This document shows positions 15,310 through 30,700 of a stretch of DNA of 64,000 bases, piece after piece; positions within the stretch are counted from its first letter, which is position 1; every line of letters starts with the position of its first letter. Under the pieces are notes generated by a model. It did no database searches and was not told where the DNA came from. It was given only the letters and a program-made list of their open reading frames with translations. The translations under genes and the position numbers were made by a program. Source of the stretch: the human T2T-CHM13v2.0 reference genome, Homo sapiens; assembly GCF_009914755.1 (NCBI RefSeq), contig NC_060929.1; one strand, given 5' to 3'.

Positions 15310-15850
15310 AATGTGTTTTATAAATACTAGTTTATTTCATAAAAATACAAAAATATAAATATACATTTATAAAAATATGAATGAATTAACACAAAGACAT
15401 TCTTCAACTAAATAAATATGGCAGTAATAGTCATTCCTATTTCATTAGGGATATATCTTCTTCATATTAATTTACAAAGCGGTTGCACAATATTTAGTTT
15501 AATTGTAAAGGTGACTGAAAGTCAGTTAAGAAAACATTTATAAATTATTATACCTAAGAAAAGGCACAAAAAGCCTTTTACTTATTTTTATTGATTATTG
15601 ATGTGATATATTTTCCTTCCGAGATTGTTAGGCAAAGAGGGTGAACTGGTTATTACTTTTTTAAAAATCTGTATCATTCGTATTCATTCACAAAGACTTA
15701 CTGATTAAGCAAATCCCTACTTGACAACATCTACGTATTGTTTGTAACTTCAATTTTTGAAAGATTTCCTCCCAGGAAGAGAATGCAGGCCACTCAATCT
15801 AATAACATAGACAGTACTTCCACTAATATTGATTAAGTCAAACAATCCTC
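15310..15850 (-). other. CDH9: CDH9 3' UTR (approximate end)
   Basis: AU-rich, repeat-free sequence after the stop codon. The end is inferred from the AATAAA at 15331-15336. Confidence 0.7.
15331..15336 (-). terminator. Candidate polyadenylation signal AATAAA
   Basis: Plus-strand tttatt. Alternative hexamers lie at 15587-15592 and 15005-15010. Confidence 0.6.
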
Positions 15851-16338
15851 TTAGTCTCGGTCACTATCATCACCCCCATACATATCGGCAAGTTTTTTGA
15901 AACGAGGCCCCCAGTCACTGAGGTAATCATAATCTTGGTTACAATCAGCTGTGAGAGATTCCAAAGAACTGAGCGAATCTGCTATGGAATCATTCCCTTC
16001 ATAGGCATACGTTGCCAGCGAATCATATGGAGGTGCACTTGGGTCTGCGTCGTTTTCTTTTAATCTTCGATGGATAAAATCTTGTACATCAATATTTTCC
16101 CACAGAGGCACAGTCCTCCTTATCTGAAAAATAGTTTCAGGCATTACATCCCGTCTAAGTTTACTGTCTTCTCTTGCCTCTGGATTCCTTAATGTGCCAA
16201 TGTCAAAAGCTTGGGTATCTTCTTCCCCGCCGCCTTCATCGTTGTAGGTCACAATGTTGTCCCGGACATCGTCTTTTGAAATTATCAGAGGTTCCTTTTT
16301 TCTTTGCCTCTTCAATGCAGCAAACAACACGACTAAAA
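15851..16338 (-). CDS. CDH9: Cadherin-9 last coding exon 12 (cytoplasmic p120- and beta-catenin-binding domain, stop TAA)
   Basis: aatag|TT acceptor; [16 protein letters not shown] and [15 protein letters not shown] motifs; 488 coding nt. Confidence 0.97.
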
Positions 16339-17751
16339 CTATTAATAAGAAATGGGAAAATAGTGAGATTTCATGAGTCAGGATAAAATAGAGTACACTT
16401 CTGAGTGTGAAATTCGTTTGGTGCAGGAGATATTAAGATTGATCGAATAAAAAGAATTAACTACCCTGTACAAATACAGAGTTCCTCTAGGCAATGACTG
16501 GATGCACTGTATTGATAAAGGAGCAGATATTACCATGCCTTTAATTTACTGTCAAGACATACTCTCCTATGAACTTCTGGCTTTATTCAAGTACAACTAT
16601 TATATTTATCCAACTGCAATTGCCTGACACCTCAGCAGTCTTTCCAAATGTGCACTCATTTCAAATACAAAAACACTAAAGCTCTACTCATGGTGATATT
16701 GATCATTCCTTTCACTTTGGCACAAGTATCATTTCTTAATGATTCAAGGGAATATATGCAAAACATTACTCATATATAGATACATATATACTTGTATATG
16801 CATTATATTTATATATTATGAGTGTACATACACACATACATGAATATGTATGAGTCACTGATTTTACCACTTCCCGTATCTCATAGGTTTAACTAAATTC
16901 CTTTACTGGTCTAATTTTATAGGAGGCTTAGAAAGCTGAAATATAACTCTAAAAGTTACAATATAAAACTCAAACTCAAACTCATCTTTAACTTATCTTG
17001 CAAAACACCTCAGACTGTATCTTGTTAATGAGGACTTCCTTGACATACAAGGTCCGATTTAAGCTTTTGGAATGAAACGTTAATTGTATTCCCTCTATTT
17101 GCTGTATTATTTTTATTGTTTACATGTCTATGTTACATAGTTAACTGTGAACTTCCCCTCATATAATATATTTTCTTATTTCTCATTATAATACTGGGAT
17201 TCAAATTATGTGTACTGGAAGATGAACCTTTTTCTAATAAATGCATGTTGCAATTAATAAGATTCATTTTAAAAGAAGCAAACACGATTTTAAAAATATA
17301 AATTTTCCATTAAAGATTGCACAAGCCCATAGCTTTACATATAAGAAAGGTGAGAATAAAACCAAGAAAATATCTTCAAAACACACTTCAGCATTACCAG
17401 GGAAAAATACAAACTAGATTTCCTTTACTTTAGGGTTCTTAACTGTTTGTCAGTATTATTTATGCTTCACAGAAAATAAGAAAATGTTGGCTGAAGAAGC
17501 TATTATTCTTTTTCTCAATTTTTACATTGAGATTAAACAAAGCATACTCATTGTCATTGAGACTACACTTCAACATGGCCCGTGAGGCCCCTATAACTAC
17601 ACTAAAGCCCTGTCCAGTGTTATTTTCACATTGGCCAGCAGACTTTTCTCAGCTCTTCCTAACTGAAAGTAAGATTTTATGAAAGATAATTAGAAGTATC
17701 TGTAGTTAGCCTTCACAGAATGGGCTTTGGAAGCTGAGCTATATTCAGGAT

Positions 17752-17755
<4 letters not shown>

Positions 17756-17790
<35 letters not shown>
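17756..17790. repeat. (AT)n microsatellite
   Basis: Perfect AT run of about 17 units. Confidence 0.95.
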
Positions 17791-17794
<4 letters not shown>

Positions 17795-18100
17795 TGCAGT
17801 AAAAATGAGACCTCTGTACTCTTCTTTTAAAAGATGGACATAAGATTAATTAAGTCCAACATAGATCTGACATCTATCAAATTTGAGCCATGCACTAGAA
17901 AAAGAGATTTCTTTCTAAATTTAATATTAAATAAATTTATAAGTTCTCCACTTTTCAATCAGTAAAATAACAATTGTGTAGTCAAATTGTATTAAGGGTT
18001 TCTCAACTAATAAAAATGTACTAATTCCCACAAATGGTCCTTAGAATCTGTTCTGAGCTTTTCCTTTTCTACCGTATTAAAATTATCCGATCATTTCTTA

Positions 18101-18514
18101 GATTGAGGTTATTAATCTGGGGCACGTGAACAGAATTCAGGAAGAATAGGATAAGAAATGAAAAAAAGTACATCATTATTTCCATCCATCTGTAACTCAA
18201 ATTTAGCATTTTTTTCAATAGGATTATTGGCATAAACTATGGTGATAGTGGCAGTGTGTGTGACAGATATTTCATATTGCATTACAGTTTGACAGATAAA
18301 TCAAACCATAGTTAGACTTGCTCCAGAACACAGCATGTGTGATTTGATAAGCAAGCACGGTTTTCTTTGTGTTTTTTGTTTCATTTGTGTAAGCGTATTT
18401 CCTTTTTGTCTTACATGTTTTACTCTAATAAATTTAAATCATCATTCTGGCTAGATCCATTCTTTTCATCAGGCTGAAAAGTGTCCCTACAACCAAAAAG
18501 TTTAAAAAGCCCTG
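18101..18514. mobile_element. hAT-Charlie relic (Charlie4a-like)
   Basis: gaggttattaatctggggc...aaaagtttaaaaagccctg terminal similarity. Confidence 0.55.
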
Positions 18515-20308
18515 CCCTAGATTTTAATCTTCCATCTTGCCTTATAAAATAGATATAAACTAAGAGCTACATTTCTTCAAAATGTACGAAAGTACATTTA
18601 AAATATTATTGTCAGTGCTATGTCACTATCTTATGAAAAGCAAACTCTCTTAACTATAGAAATGCATTAACTACGTCCAGCTATTACCATAAAGACTCAA
18701 AATAACAATAAAGTGCTTTAATAACTTTGCAAATATAAATTTCTAAATTAGAAGCAATTTTAACTACAATAATAAAAAATTACTCCACATTTAGGCAATG
18801 AGCTGGGAAAGTGAAAAATAAGAAATTAGTGCTTTCCATATTGCTCAAGGAACAAAGGTGGCTGACTGCAGAACAGAAGAGGAAACCTTCTAGGATTTCT
18901 GCATAGAAAAAAATAGTATCAAATTAATTTGACAATGTTAAAATATCTAAACTGATTTGGGGGGATGCTTTCAGTTCCCTATGTGTGCATGACTGTCTTT
19001 GTGTGTATGTGCATTACATTAATATAGAAATTTTAAAAATGATCTAACAATAAACATATTTACATGTTGTTCTAAATTAGGAAAGTGGAACTTCCTGAGC
19101 GAATAAAACAACGTGAAATCAGTAGCACTTAGCTAAAAGGCTAAGCCAAATTTTTATCTCCATAGGAATATAAAAATATTTTACAGAGGAGTTGAACTCT
19201 CTAGCAGTAGGTGGGGATTGAAACTGCTGATGGTGATGGTAGCAGTGTGTTTGTTCTAAACCACACTGAGAAAATGTTTTTCAAAATAGTTGGAACATCT
19301 TAACTGAGACAAATGTTTTTCCCTCACTTTCATCAATCCCCTACTGAAGTCCTGCAAGGATATCTGGCCAAAGGGATTTCATCCAGATAGCTTGAAAGGA
19401 TTTGCAGAGAAAAGGAGCTAGCACATACGAGCATTAGAACATAAATTTGGCTAGCTCTCCTGCCCTAAGCATAAGCATTTGGGCTGAATATTTGATAGAA
19501 ACAATTTTTTGGGGAATGTTTTCCAGTGGAACAACTGTTTAATTGAATTAAATCGTTGTCCTGTTAGTGCATGCTCAAATAAAACATTCGCTGTTGGAAC
19601 ATGACTTTATTTAGAAAATATTGCAGGGCTAGGTAGGACCACAGCGACATAGTGATATTTTTTAAAACAGAATTTTAATTTTTTAATTTGTTATGTCACA
19701 CCAATGCACAACAAGTTATATAGGGGAAAATGTCTAACTTACTGTGACAACTTTAACACATTTGCATGTTAGACATCTGATATAGATAATTCAGAATATG
19801 TTAGTAACTGTTAACAGTTAGTAACTATAAGGGCAAAGTAGTCTTTGGTTTGGGAATAATAGAAAGGAGAACTCTATGGTAGAGTAATCTGTGTTTGAAT
19901 ACTAGCTAAAGCTTTTCCTAAATGAGTGACTGAGTAAATTATGCAGCCTTTCTCTAGAAGAAAAGTATTTACCTTATACAGTTGATGCAAAGATGAAATC
20001 AATGAAATCAAATGTCCTTAGAACAGTGAACATAGTCAAAAATATAATAGCTAATGCTATAAAGTATATATTTTTAAATACGCATGTGTATAGCATTTGT
20101 TAGATGTTTCTTTTTGGTCTCTGGAAAGCTGGGCCTATCCCCACACACAAAAACGCTTATTTTTTCCTAATTGAAAGAAGAATTTTAATAAAAAGTGAAA
20201 ATGTTCTATCTTTATCTATAGAGAAAATTGTTATTCAGTGCACCATGCTCAGACAGTGAGGGAGAGATTTTTGTGAGTTAAAGGATCATTCAGAGGGGCA
20301 GAGCTTAC

Positions 20309-20560
20309 TAAGCAGTATGAGGACACAGAGTAGAATCGCAACGAGAGCTCCCGTGCTCAGGCCGGCTGAAAGGATCAGGGCTTCTGCGGTGCAGGATTGC
20401 ATGTTTCCTTGATTATCGCAGGCACACACACGGATAGTGAGTGTACCAGTGCTGCTTTGAATTGGATAATCGTTGTCAAAGATTAAAATCGGCAATAAGT
20501 AGGTGCTCATTTTGTTGCGACTGTAGCCATCTTTCCGAGTCATGATTCCTGCTGTATTAT
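20309..20560 (-). CDS. CDH9: Cadherin-9 exon 11 (end of EC5 and most of the transmembrane helix)
   Basis: ccag|AT ... TTA|gtaag; 252 nt; VCACD...[18 protein letters not shown]. Confidence 0.96.
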
Positions 20561-20660
20561 CTGGGGGAGAAAACATGTAAAAAAACAAAAACTTTCATAT
20601 TTGTTTTTAACTGTGTATCTTAAAGTTTCATAATTTTTAGTTTTAGAAATTTTCTTATAC

Positions 20661-20778
20661 CTTTATTATCTACAATGGTGAAATTCGGATTGAGAGTAAA
20701 TTCTGGCACTGGTTCAAAAAAGAATTTGTGACCTCGGGGAGGGTCATCCTTATCCATGACACTGACAGTCTGAATCAA
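20661..20778 (-). CDS. CDH9: Cadherin-9 exon 10 ([12 protein letters not shown]...VDNK)
   Basis: ttcag|TTG ... AAG|gtata; 118 nt. Too short for the ORF track and translated by hand. Followed by a 100-nt intron. Confidence 0.94.
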
Positions 20779-22288
20779 CTGAAACCAAAATTAATTAATT
20801 AATTAATTAAGCCTAAGGCAATGTTCTTGTTATTACAAGATATCTTAAATCCATGTATTTGTGCTTTAAATACATCACGAAAACAAAGCAAGAAAACAAA
20901 ATAAATGCCATTTTCAGAAAATTATGCCAATGTCTTATTTTTTACAGTTTTGTCTTAGATAACTTATTTAGTTAAGAGTGGAAGACATCCATTAAGCAAT
21001 GGTTTGCAAGGTATCTTAATGCATTATTGTCTTATACCTGGCCAGCTTAAAGAAAAATTCAATCCCTCCAATACCTATCCTCTTTTGATATTGTTGAAAG
21101 GCACAGTCCATTGTATTATTAATTGATGAGCAATCTGTTACTTCCACTAGACAATAATTCTTCAAAGGACGAGTACACAGAAGATGCATTTTTAAAAACA
21201 CCAATGCTTAGCACAATCCCTCCTATATATTAACAATATTATTAATATATTTTTAAAATAAATAAATTTGTCTGTACTATCAGAAAGAAAATGATTTTGA
21301 AGCTATGGACACCATTACTATAATTGAACTATTTTATTTAAATTGCTTGCTTTTCCTTTAACAGTATTTGCAAAGACAGATATACAAAGAAATGCTTTTA
21401 AGATTTTGTAAAATCAATGTTGAAGTTTCAAAATTAGAGCACCTCTTGGCTGAGCTAGTGTAAGTAAATAAGAAGTGTGTCCTAATGGAATATGGAACAG
21501 CCAACTATGGGTTGGGCAGAAAAATTTCACTGAGCATTTTATAGTGGAAAAAGCACTGAGCTACACATTGGGTTGCCTCCCATCTGTGTGATTTGAAATC
21601 ACAGCCATTTAATTACTCTGACTTTTAACGTTCTCTTCTACAAAAATAGACAGGTCTCATAGTCTAACATTGTGTGGTGAAAAGTTATTGAAATTCACAA
21701 TAGTTTAAGCTTTCCATTGTTTTACTGTATACCTTTTATAACTATACTAACCTACATACTCACTAGTCAGTGTTATTTTCACTTTAATTTTATATTAATG
21801 ATAATTACATCATTTTGACAGCATGATATGTAACTGTATTTTTAATAAAGTGCTTTTGAAAGTGCACAATGCACAATTTTTAATAAACTTTTCTCCTTAG
21901 AAAATTGGAATATAAGAAAATAATTATATAGGATCTAATATTTTTGCTCAACCTTCTGTTCCTACATAGCAATAACAAATCTAACTTTTAGTAATAATTT
22001 AAATCATAAAAAGTTGGTCTTTTAGTTATATATGACATTTGAAGTCTTGAAATTATTAGATGAGCTTTGTATAAGTATATTTTATGAGGATATACATATA
22101 CTTAAAATCTATTTTATTTTTAACTTTGTTAAATTCAATTAGGGTAATATATATTAAATAATTATAATTAGTTAATATTAATTATACTTAATTTCTATAA
22201 AATATTAGCATATAATATATCAATAACACACATGAATCAGTAAAAGACAAGCATACTGATAGATAAGTGAGTAAAGAATATTTATATG

Positions 22289-22754
22289 TGATTGTAGGTT
22301 GACTTGTGTTCCCCCAAAATATCTGTTCAAGTCTTAAATCCCAGTACCTGTGAATGTGGCTTATTTGGATATAGGCCGTTTGCAGATAAAATCAAGTTAA
22401 AATAAGATCATTCTAAATTAAGGAGGACTCTAATTCGATGACTGGAGTCCTCATAAGAAGAAGCAAGTTTGGACACAGAAACAGATACAGGAAGAATGCC
22501 ATGAAATGATGGAGACAGAGATTGGAGTAATTGGCGTCCACAAGCCAAAGGATGTCAAGGATGGCTGGCAAGCACATGAAGCTAGAAAGTGCCAAGGGAG
22601 GATAGTCTCCTAGAACCTTTAGAGAGAGCATAGATAGCCCTGCTGCGTGTTAATTTTATACTTCCAGCCTCCAAAACTATGAGAAATAAAATTCTGTGTT
22701 TTAAGTCATTCTGTTTGTGGTAATTTGTCATGGCAGCCCTTGGAAACTAATACA
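22289..22754 (+). mobile_element. MaLR LTR (MLT1B/C-like)
   Basis: gttgacttgtgttcccccaaaat...gcagcccttggaaactaataca. Confidence 0.8.
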
Positions 22755-23344
22755 GCTGTAAATTATTTTTAAGTCCACATTTTTATGAAAAAAAAATGTT
22801 TGGCCTTAATGATTTTAAAAGAATTCACACTAAAAGTGTTATGAGAAATTTACATATTGGCAGACATTTAAAATCTAGAGTTGCCAAGTACATAGGCAAT
22901 CATATGTATTTGGTGGGAATATCACCTAGTTTACGACAGATTTGGAGAAGTATTTGGGAATAGTTATTAATATTTATAGATACAATTTAATTTTTCCTAC
23001 TTTGAGAATTATATCAAAAGAAAGAGTACCAGGTGGTAAACAAGCAAAATGTACTACAGTGTTCATTATAGTATAACTGGGGTACTGCTAGGGTAACATT
23101 TTGTGGATAAACCAAATTTCCATTAAGAAGGTAATAATTGAATAAGTAATATGTAACTATGTTATGAAAATTAAGCATCAAATTCAAAAAAATCATTTAC
23201 TAAACTGAGATGCCCATTATATGTTGCAAAATGAAAAAGAAAAGCACATTTTTATCCAAATAGCTATGTGAAAATTCCATGTTATTACAAATAAAAATCT
23301 CATTTGCATTTTTGTATATGTAGGTGGAATGTACTGTGTATCTC

Positions 23345-23747
23345 TGTCTTAGTCAGCTGGGCTGCCATAACAATCCCACACACTCAATGGCTTAAACTAC
23401 AGAAATGCATTTTCTCATAGTTCTGGAGAATGTAAGGTTGAGATCTAGAGGCTAGCATGGTTGGCTTCTGGTGAGGGCTTGCAAATATTAATAGCTACCT
23501 TCTCCCTGAGTGCTCTCATATGGCTTTTCCTTGGCCCACGAATTCAGGGACAGGGAGAAAGAGAGAGCATGAGCTCTCTGTTATCTTTTCTTTGTATGCT
23601 AATTCCATCAGATCAGGCTCTATACCCTTATAACTTCACTTCATCTTAATTACTTCTTTGAAACACCATCTCCAAATACAATGACACTAGGGTTACATTT
23701 TCAAGATTTGAATTTGGAGGAGGGCTACAAACATTCAGTTCATAATA
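23345..23747 (-). mobile_element. MaLR LTR (MLT1A-like)
   Basis: tgtcttagtcagctgggctgccataaca...acattcagttcata. Confidence 0.75.
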
Positions 23748-24530
23748 TTCTCTATTGGAATAGAAGAAAAACTGTATTTCAGTTTATTTTCTACCTTAAA
23801 GAGACATGACAGAATTAAAGATGATTCTTAACATCTACCTATTTTATCTTTAAAGTAGTTAATTACATGGTTAAATTACTTTTGGTAAAATTTATGCAGT
23901 TACTGTTATTGAAAAATACTACATTTTTTTGTCAAAAATGAGCATATTCTGCATTTATTTAGAATTACTTTATATACATTTGAAAGAATTACTTTGTAAG
24001 AAGACTTCATAATTCTTTTACAAACAAATCTACTTCATTTCAATGATATGAAACTTTAAAACTTACAAAATATCACTCATATCAAAATCTGAAACTATTA
24101 AAAGTGGCAAAATGTAATCAAGAAAACAATGATTATGATTACCTTTATAATAACATGAAACAATTTCATTTTCATACTTCAGGTTTTATTTAATGATATA
24201 TTTTCATTCTATTAGTGAAGATAACTCAGCATAAGCATAATTATGAATGCAGGTAACAGCTTCTACATATGTGATATTCACTATAAACCTAGTATATAAA
24301 TTAAAACATATGTTATAATATTCCCTACTATATTATTGATTCCATTATAAAAACATTTTTAAATCACCTTTTTAAAAAATCACTGTGAGTTCTTTGTTAA
24401 GGATAAATGGTGGACAAGAAGTATTGACAACAGCCTGCACAAAAGAAATCCTGCAAATAAAGTGATGTAATGTCATTTGACTTTGTAAAGAGAAAATATA
24501 TTCTTTTAAGTTTTTAATGATTTTATTTAC

Positions 24531-24652
24531 CTGCCCAGGTTTTGCATTTTCACAAACAAATGTTTCATAATACATGGCAAATTCCGGAGCATGGTCATTT
24601 ATATCTAGAATTCTGATGAAGACAGGGATGTGGCTACTTTGTTTTGGGTTAT
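24531..24652 (-). CDS. CDH9: Cadherin-9 exon 9 (NNPKQSS...DINDHAPEF...AKPGQ)
   Basis: ttgcag|AT ... CAG|gtaaa; 122 nt. Confidence 0.95.
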
Positions 24653-25122
24653 CTGCAACGAGAACACGTGTAAGATTTCAGTCTCATTTACACAGAAGCA
24701 GTGAAACCACTCACCCATTTGTAGCTTAGCAACAGATCCTTTTTGTGGTGTTCACTTTCTCAATTGGGCTGCTGATGAATATCTCAGCTCTCTTACATGG
24801 TCCAAAAGAAAAGCACAATAAAATTGAGGAAAACATAATTGAGAATGAAGTATTATTTGTAATAGATAATTTTCTTAGATTATTTTTATGAGGTTAAATT
24901 ATATTTCTCTCCTATATAAGGTGTAAAAGAAAATCAAATTTGAAATGAATGATTTGATAATCCTTAAAAATAATTTAAAAATGTGTTGATATTCTAAGCC
25001 ATTTCTCTAAGATCTTGCTAAGGATACAATCATACCACTCAAGAAAATGAGTCTAGCTGGTGCTATTATTTTACCACTTTGATGAAAGACAGTGTCTTCG
25101 GGTAGATGTAGCTCCAACTTAC

Positions 25123-25259
25123 TTATTTCTGTGGCTGTAACAGTGATGTTATGCCAAGGAGATGATTCCCGGTCAAGGGCTTTCAAAGTGAAAATAGAAC
25201 CATTTTCTGAGTGAATACCAAAAATACGGTCCATATCAGTATGCCGATCAACAGAGTAC
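25123..25259 (-). CDS. CDH9: Cadherin-9 exon 8 (YSVDRHTD...ATEI)
   Basis: gccag|G ... ATAA|gtaag; 137 nt; LDRE motif. Confidence 0.96.
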
Positions 25260-25894
25260 CTGGCAGAAGACAGACTCATAAATCCAGGCATTCTTCTAAG
25301 GTTATTAGTTCTACTCTTTCTTAAAGCTATAGGTAATTTCCACAATGATCTGACAAAGACATGAAATGCAAAATGCTAACAACTTTCTTGAATTTTTATT
25401 TTATAGAATTGTTATTTGAGCAATTTCATATGTTTGACTCTTTCTACTTACTATATTATCCTATGTGTACTTTAGAACTGTTATTTATACACATGAATCT
25501 GGATGGCAGCTGTTAAAGTGAGTTCTTAAGTATCACTTGGTTCACTTATCCTATCGTAGGCCTACTGCAGTGCTTGAGACACTTTAAACAGTAATGTTAA
25601 ACTTGACTGAGTCAATAGTAATGAATAAATCGAAAGTATGTTAAAAAATACATAACTGTGTCCAGAGTCCTCTATAAGTGAATATCGAGAAGGCTATTAT
25701 AAAATACATCGCTCTTGAATGTTTTTTTATTCAAGGAATATCCAGCTGAATCAAGGTCTTTCTCTACTCTATCCCTCCAACTTATTTCAAATCAAAATGA
25801 AATGTTATATCACCACAGAGTTCTGTGACTTTCTCATTAGGGCTGTATTTGGAAGAGGTCATTGTAAGCTTTGTATCTTATTAAAGATAAGACT

Positions 25895-26836
<942 letters not shown>

Positions 26837-26979
26837 ATCCTTAAAAGATAAATTTTTGAAAAGATTAATTTATATGAAAGTCCTTCAGTTACATCAGACC
26901 ATGTTATGCCGTACTAGTTAATTTTTTACATCTTTGTGAGATTTCTGTTGCAGTCTTTAATTGAGCCATATCAGAAAGT

Positions 26980-27142
26980 GAGTGCTTCTCAAACATTAAC
27001 ATTTAGGTGAATCACATACGAATCCTGTTAAAAACAGAGTTTGATTCAGTAGGTCTGGGGTGGGAGCTGAGATTGTGCATTTTTAACAAACTCTTAGATG
27101 AATCCTATGCTGTAGCTCCACAGGCTAGGTTTTATATAGCAG
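26980..27142. mobile_element. MER5A (hAT-Charlie)
   Basis: agtgcttctcaaac...gattcagtaggtctggggtggg...ttgtgcatttttaacaa. Confidence 0.75.
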
Positions 27143-27382
27143 TTTTAGGCTATGGGATGAAGTGATTAGAATAAGAACGGAAACAGGAAAAGCAATGCAA
27201 GACAATTAACAGGCTAATCAGCCTCTGCTGTAGTCCTCATTTTTCTAGGTATCTTATTAAGGCATCTTATTATGAACTCCCTTTTGATCAAGTGAATTGG
27301 GAAATTACAGCTCCCACTGTAAATCTTAAATATATTCACAGTTTGGTGCTGGCTTTGGCAAACATAAGTAATAGACATTTAG

Positions 27383-27731
<349 letters not shown>

Positions 27732-30700
27732 AGTATTGGCAATTTTTAAATTATTGGGTGAACATACATTAACCTAAATTGTATGATTCTTTTGTTTGAA
27801 TTGTTTATTAAAGGACATACTATTTAATCTATTGTTTAAGAATTATGCTGAACTTAAGGGATCTATTAAGTAAATGGGTCTGATCATAATTTTAACAATT
27901 TAATATAGTACATGAAGATGCTTGCTTAATTTATTTTCTGCTAAATTTTATAAAACAATTATTGCTGAGTCATAGATACTGCTTCAAAGAGAGTATTTGG
28001 GCCTTTGGAAAAAAGTTATTTGGTGTCATCTCAGTGGTGGAATGGCTAAAAACTTATATACTTGGTCTCAGGTTTTACCTCACTCCCAGTACATGGAACC
28101 AGTTCAGTTGTCTCTGTTTTGTCATTCAATAGGATTTTACAATGCACAACAGAAGTACATGCAAATGATAGTATTCCCTCAGTTTTTCAATAATCGTTAT
28201 TGTAATCTTTTCACATGGTGTTATGAAAAGAATTTAGGCACTTAAAATACACTCATTTGACATATGATTGCTGCCCAAGAGTAGCCTATATTTCTTGGGT
28301 GGGAAGTCCTAAGGCTATAAAGGAGAAATAGAAACCTAGATATAAAAATATGTAAGAATGCATAACAGCATATATATATATTTTATTTTATTTTATTTTA
28401 TTTTTATTTTTGGAAGCAAATGTCATGCTGGCTTTTAGCCAACAATTGTTTGTCAGAGTATTATCAGAGATAGATCCGATTTGCAAAATAACAATGTAGT
28501 AAAATTGAGCATGCAAGTCATACTGAAATTTTTCTTTTAAACCTCTATTTCCAGTTGTGCTAACATGAAACAAAATATTATGTTTCCTACCTATAGGTTT
28601 CAACCCTTTCACAATTCCTGATGTGGGCTTTATTGATGTTGGGACCAAATCACTATTATAAGGTTTTTGAGAGAAAAGCAAATAAAGTCATTGGAACAAC
28701 AAAAATATTTTATTTTCCTTAGCTACACAAATTCTGCTTATGAATAAAAACAAACCTAAAACGTACACAAAGAAAGAGGAAGCAAAAGAACATAATTACA
28801 TCTGTGCATTGAATGGAGCTCAATTCATAATATTCACCTGTAAATATTTCTCTCTATTGTTGGAAAGGTCAATAGTTAACCATTACCTGCTTATGTCTGA
28901 ATAGATCTTGGATTTCTTCCTGCTGTTTGCATTGAAGGTCAAAGAGGAAAATAAAATTTCCTTTTGTGCTCATTGCTAGCTGCCCTAGCGTTTAGCCTAG
29001 AGATTTTGATGGTATTTCTATAACTGAGGAATAGCTAACAATTGCAACATGATAAAAATCAAGCTTTGATACACTTGTATCTTTTTTCAGGATCAAAATA
29101 GATTTGGGTTTCTGGCCACCTTACTCTTAGGTACAACCTTGAAAGACACTGTTTTTCACTTTAAGAATTCATGAAGGCACTCACAGACGATACAGAAATA
29201 GCTCACTTTTAACTTTGACAGCGCCAACTTCCAGGTCTATATTCAAATTTTTGTTTCCAGTGCAAGTGATGTCTCACAATTTGTCAAAGCTCAGAGATAA
29301 TTTTCTTTTATTTAGCAGCCAAACTTCTATTTTCACCCAGAATAGCACATTCAGATTTACTTATTAATAATAAATACATTGGATTACCACAAATGACCAG
29401 AAAGAGCCTGATAAACCCTTAACACAGAACAAAGCTATCTCTATGTTCCAGCAGATGGCCTACTATAACAACAATATTTTATTGGTCCCCCTGCATTGAA
29501 TTTTGAACAATCAGTTTAAAAAGGCCATTGTCATAAGTTTTGTATAAATACTCTCTGCAGAGACAGGATCCAATCATATAGGCATCAAATAACATGTGAA
29601 AGAGAGCACAAGGGCTCTCTTCCCACAAAAGCTGAACTCTGCTTTTCATTTTTCTTATTTGCTTTATATTTTTATGTTCTACCATTAAAAGTCAAGCATG
29701 TATCATATATCTATATTTTTACCTAGCACAAATAATCTAAACTCAATTATAGACACCAGAATAAATGAGTAATATGCAGAAATATGTCAAGAATGCATTC
29801 CTTTTTCTCTGCTGGATTCCATATATTTCTTCCACTGACTAAGTCAATTTAGGTAGGACATAATTTGCTTTTTACTTTTCAGCTACTGCTTTCCAGAAAC
29901 ATGTTTTCATAGCTGTGACCTAGCCATTCATTATCCCTCAAAAATGAATATTGAGTATTAGCTATACAATGACATTATTTATAATTTCATTTGAAAAAAT
30001 AGTTCAAATCTTTTTTGCAGAGATTAGTGATATTATTGTTAGATTATTATTATTTTACCTTTTGCAATAAAATCAAGCAAATATGAGAGAAGCACCACTA
30101 TACAGGAATGCACTTACACATTTATTCCAGTTTATTTTGAAGTCATGGACATTTTATTGAGGCATAATTAAATCCCTCACCAGAAAGTTTGTTTTGTTAC
30201 TTTTCAATTCCACAGCAGTAGAAAGGATCTTTTAAAAATCATTGAACTTTAAATACGTTAAGCATAAAATAGGTGTAAAATGAGGCAACATGTTATTTCA
30301 GATCTTGTAAAGCTATAATCAACCCTATAACTTTGGAGATTCGTGATTACTAATGAGGTGAAGCAGAGCTGACAACAGCTGCTAATTGTAACCATAATCT
30401 CATGTTGCAAGTGGCAGATGTATTTCAGAAAATATATTTGATGAACAGATTTAATCGTGGATGAGAATTAGTTCCCAATCTTTCCCTGGAAAAATGTTTC
30501 TCTGTGATGCTTATCATAGCCTATTTCTGCTCTGAGATCAGTCATCCTTCTAAATTTGATCGTAGCAAACAAAACAGTCCCATGCTACAATGTTGCATTC
30601 TTGTTGAATTATTGCTGATTTTTCTTCACACTATAATTGGATATCTAAGGCTTTTTTGCATACATTTTGAATGCTAACAGAAGCCATCCTCTGTGCTATG

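Noticed and set aside
16174-16386. Plus-strand ORFs antisense to CDH9 exons (also 38315, 40625 and 41450)
   Set aside because: They are shadow frames of the coding exons.
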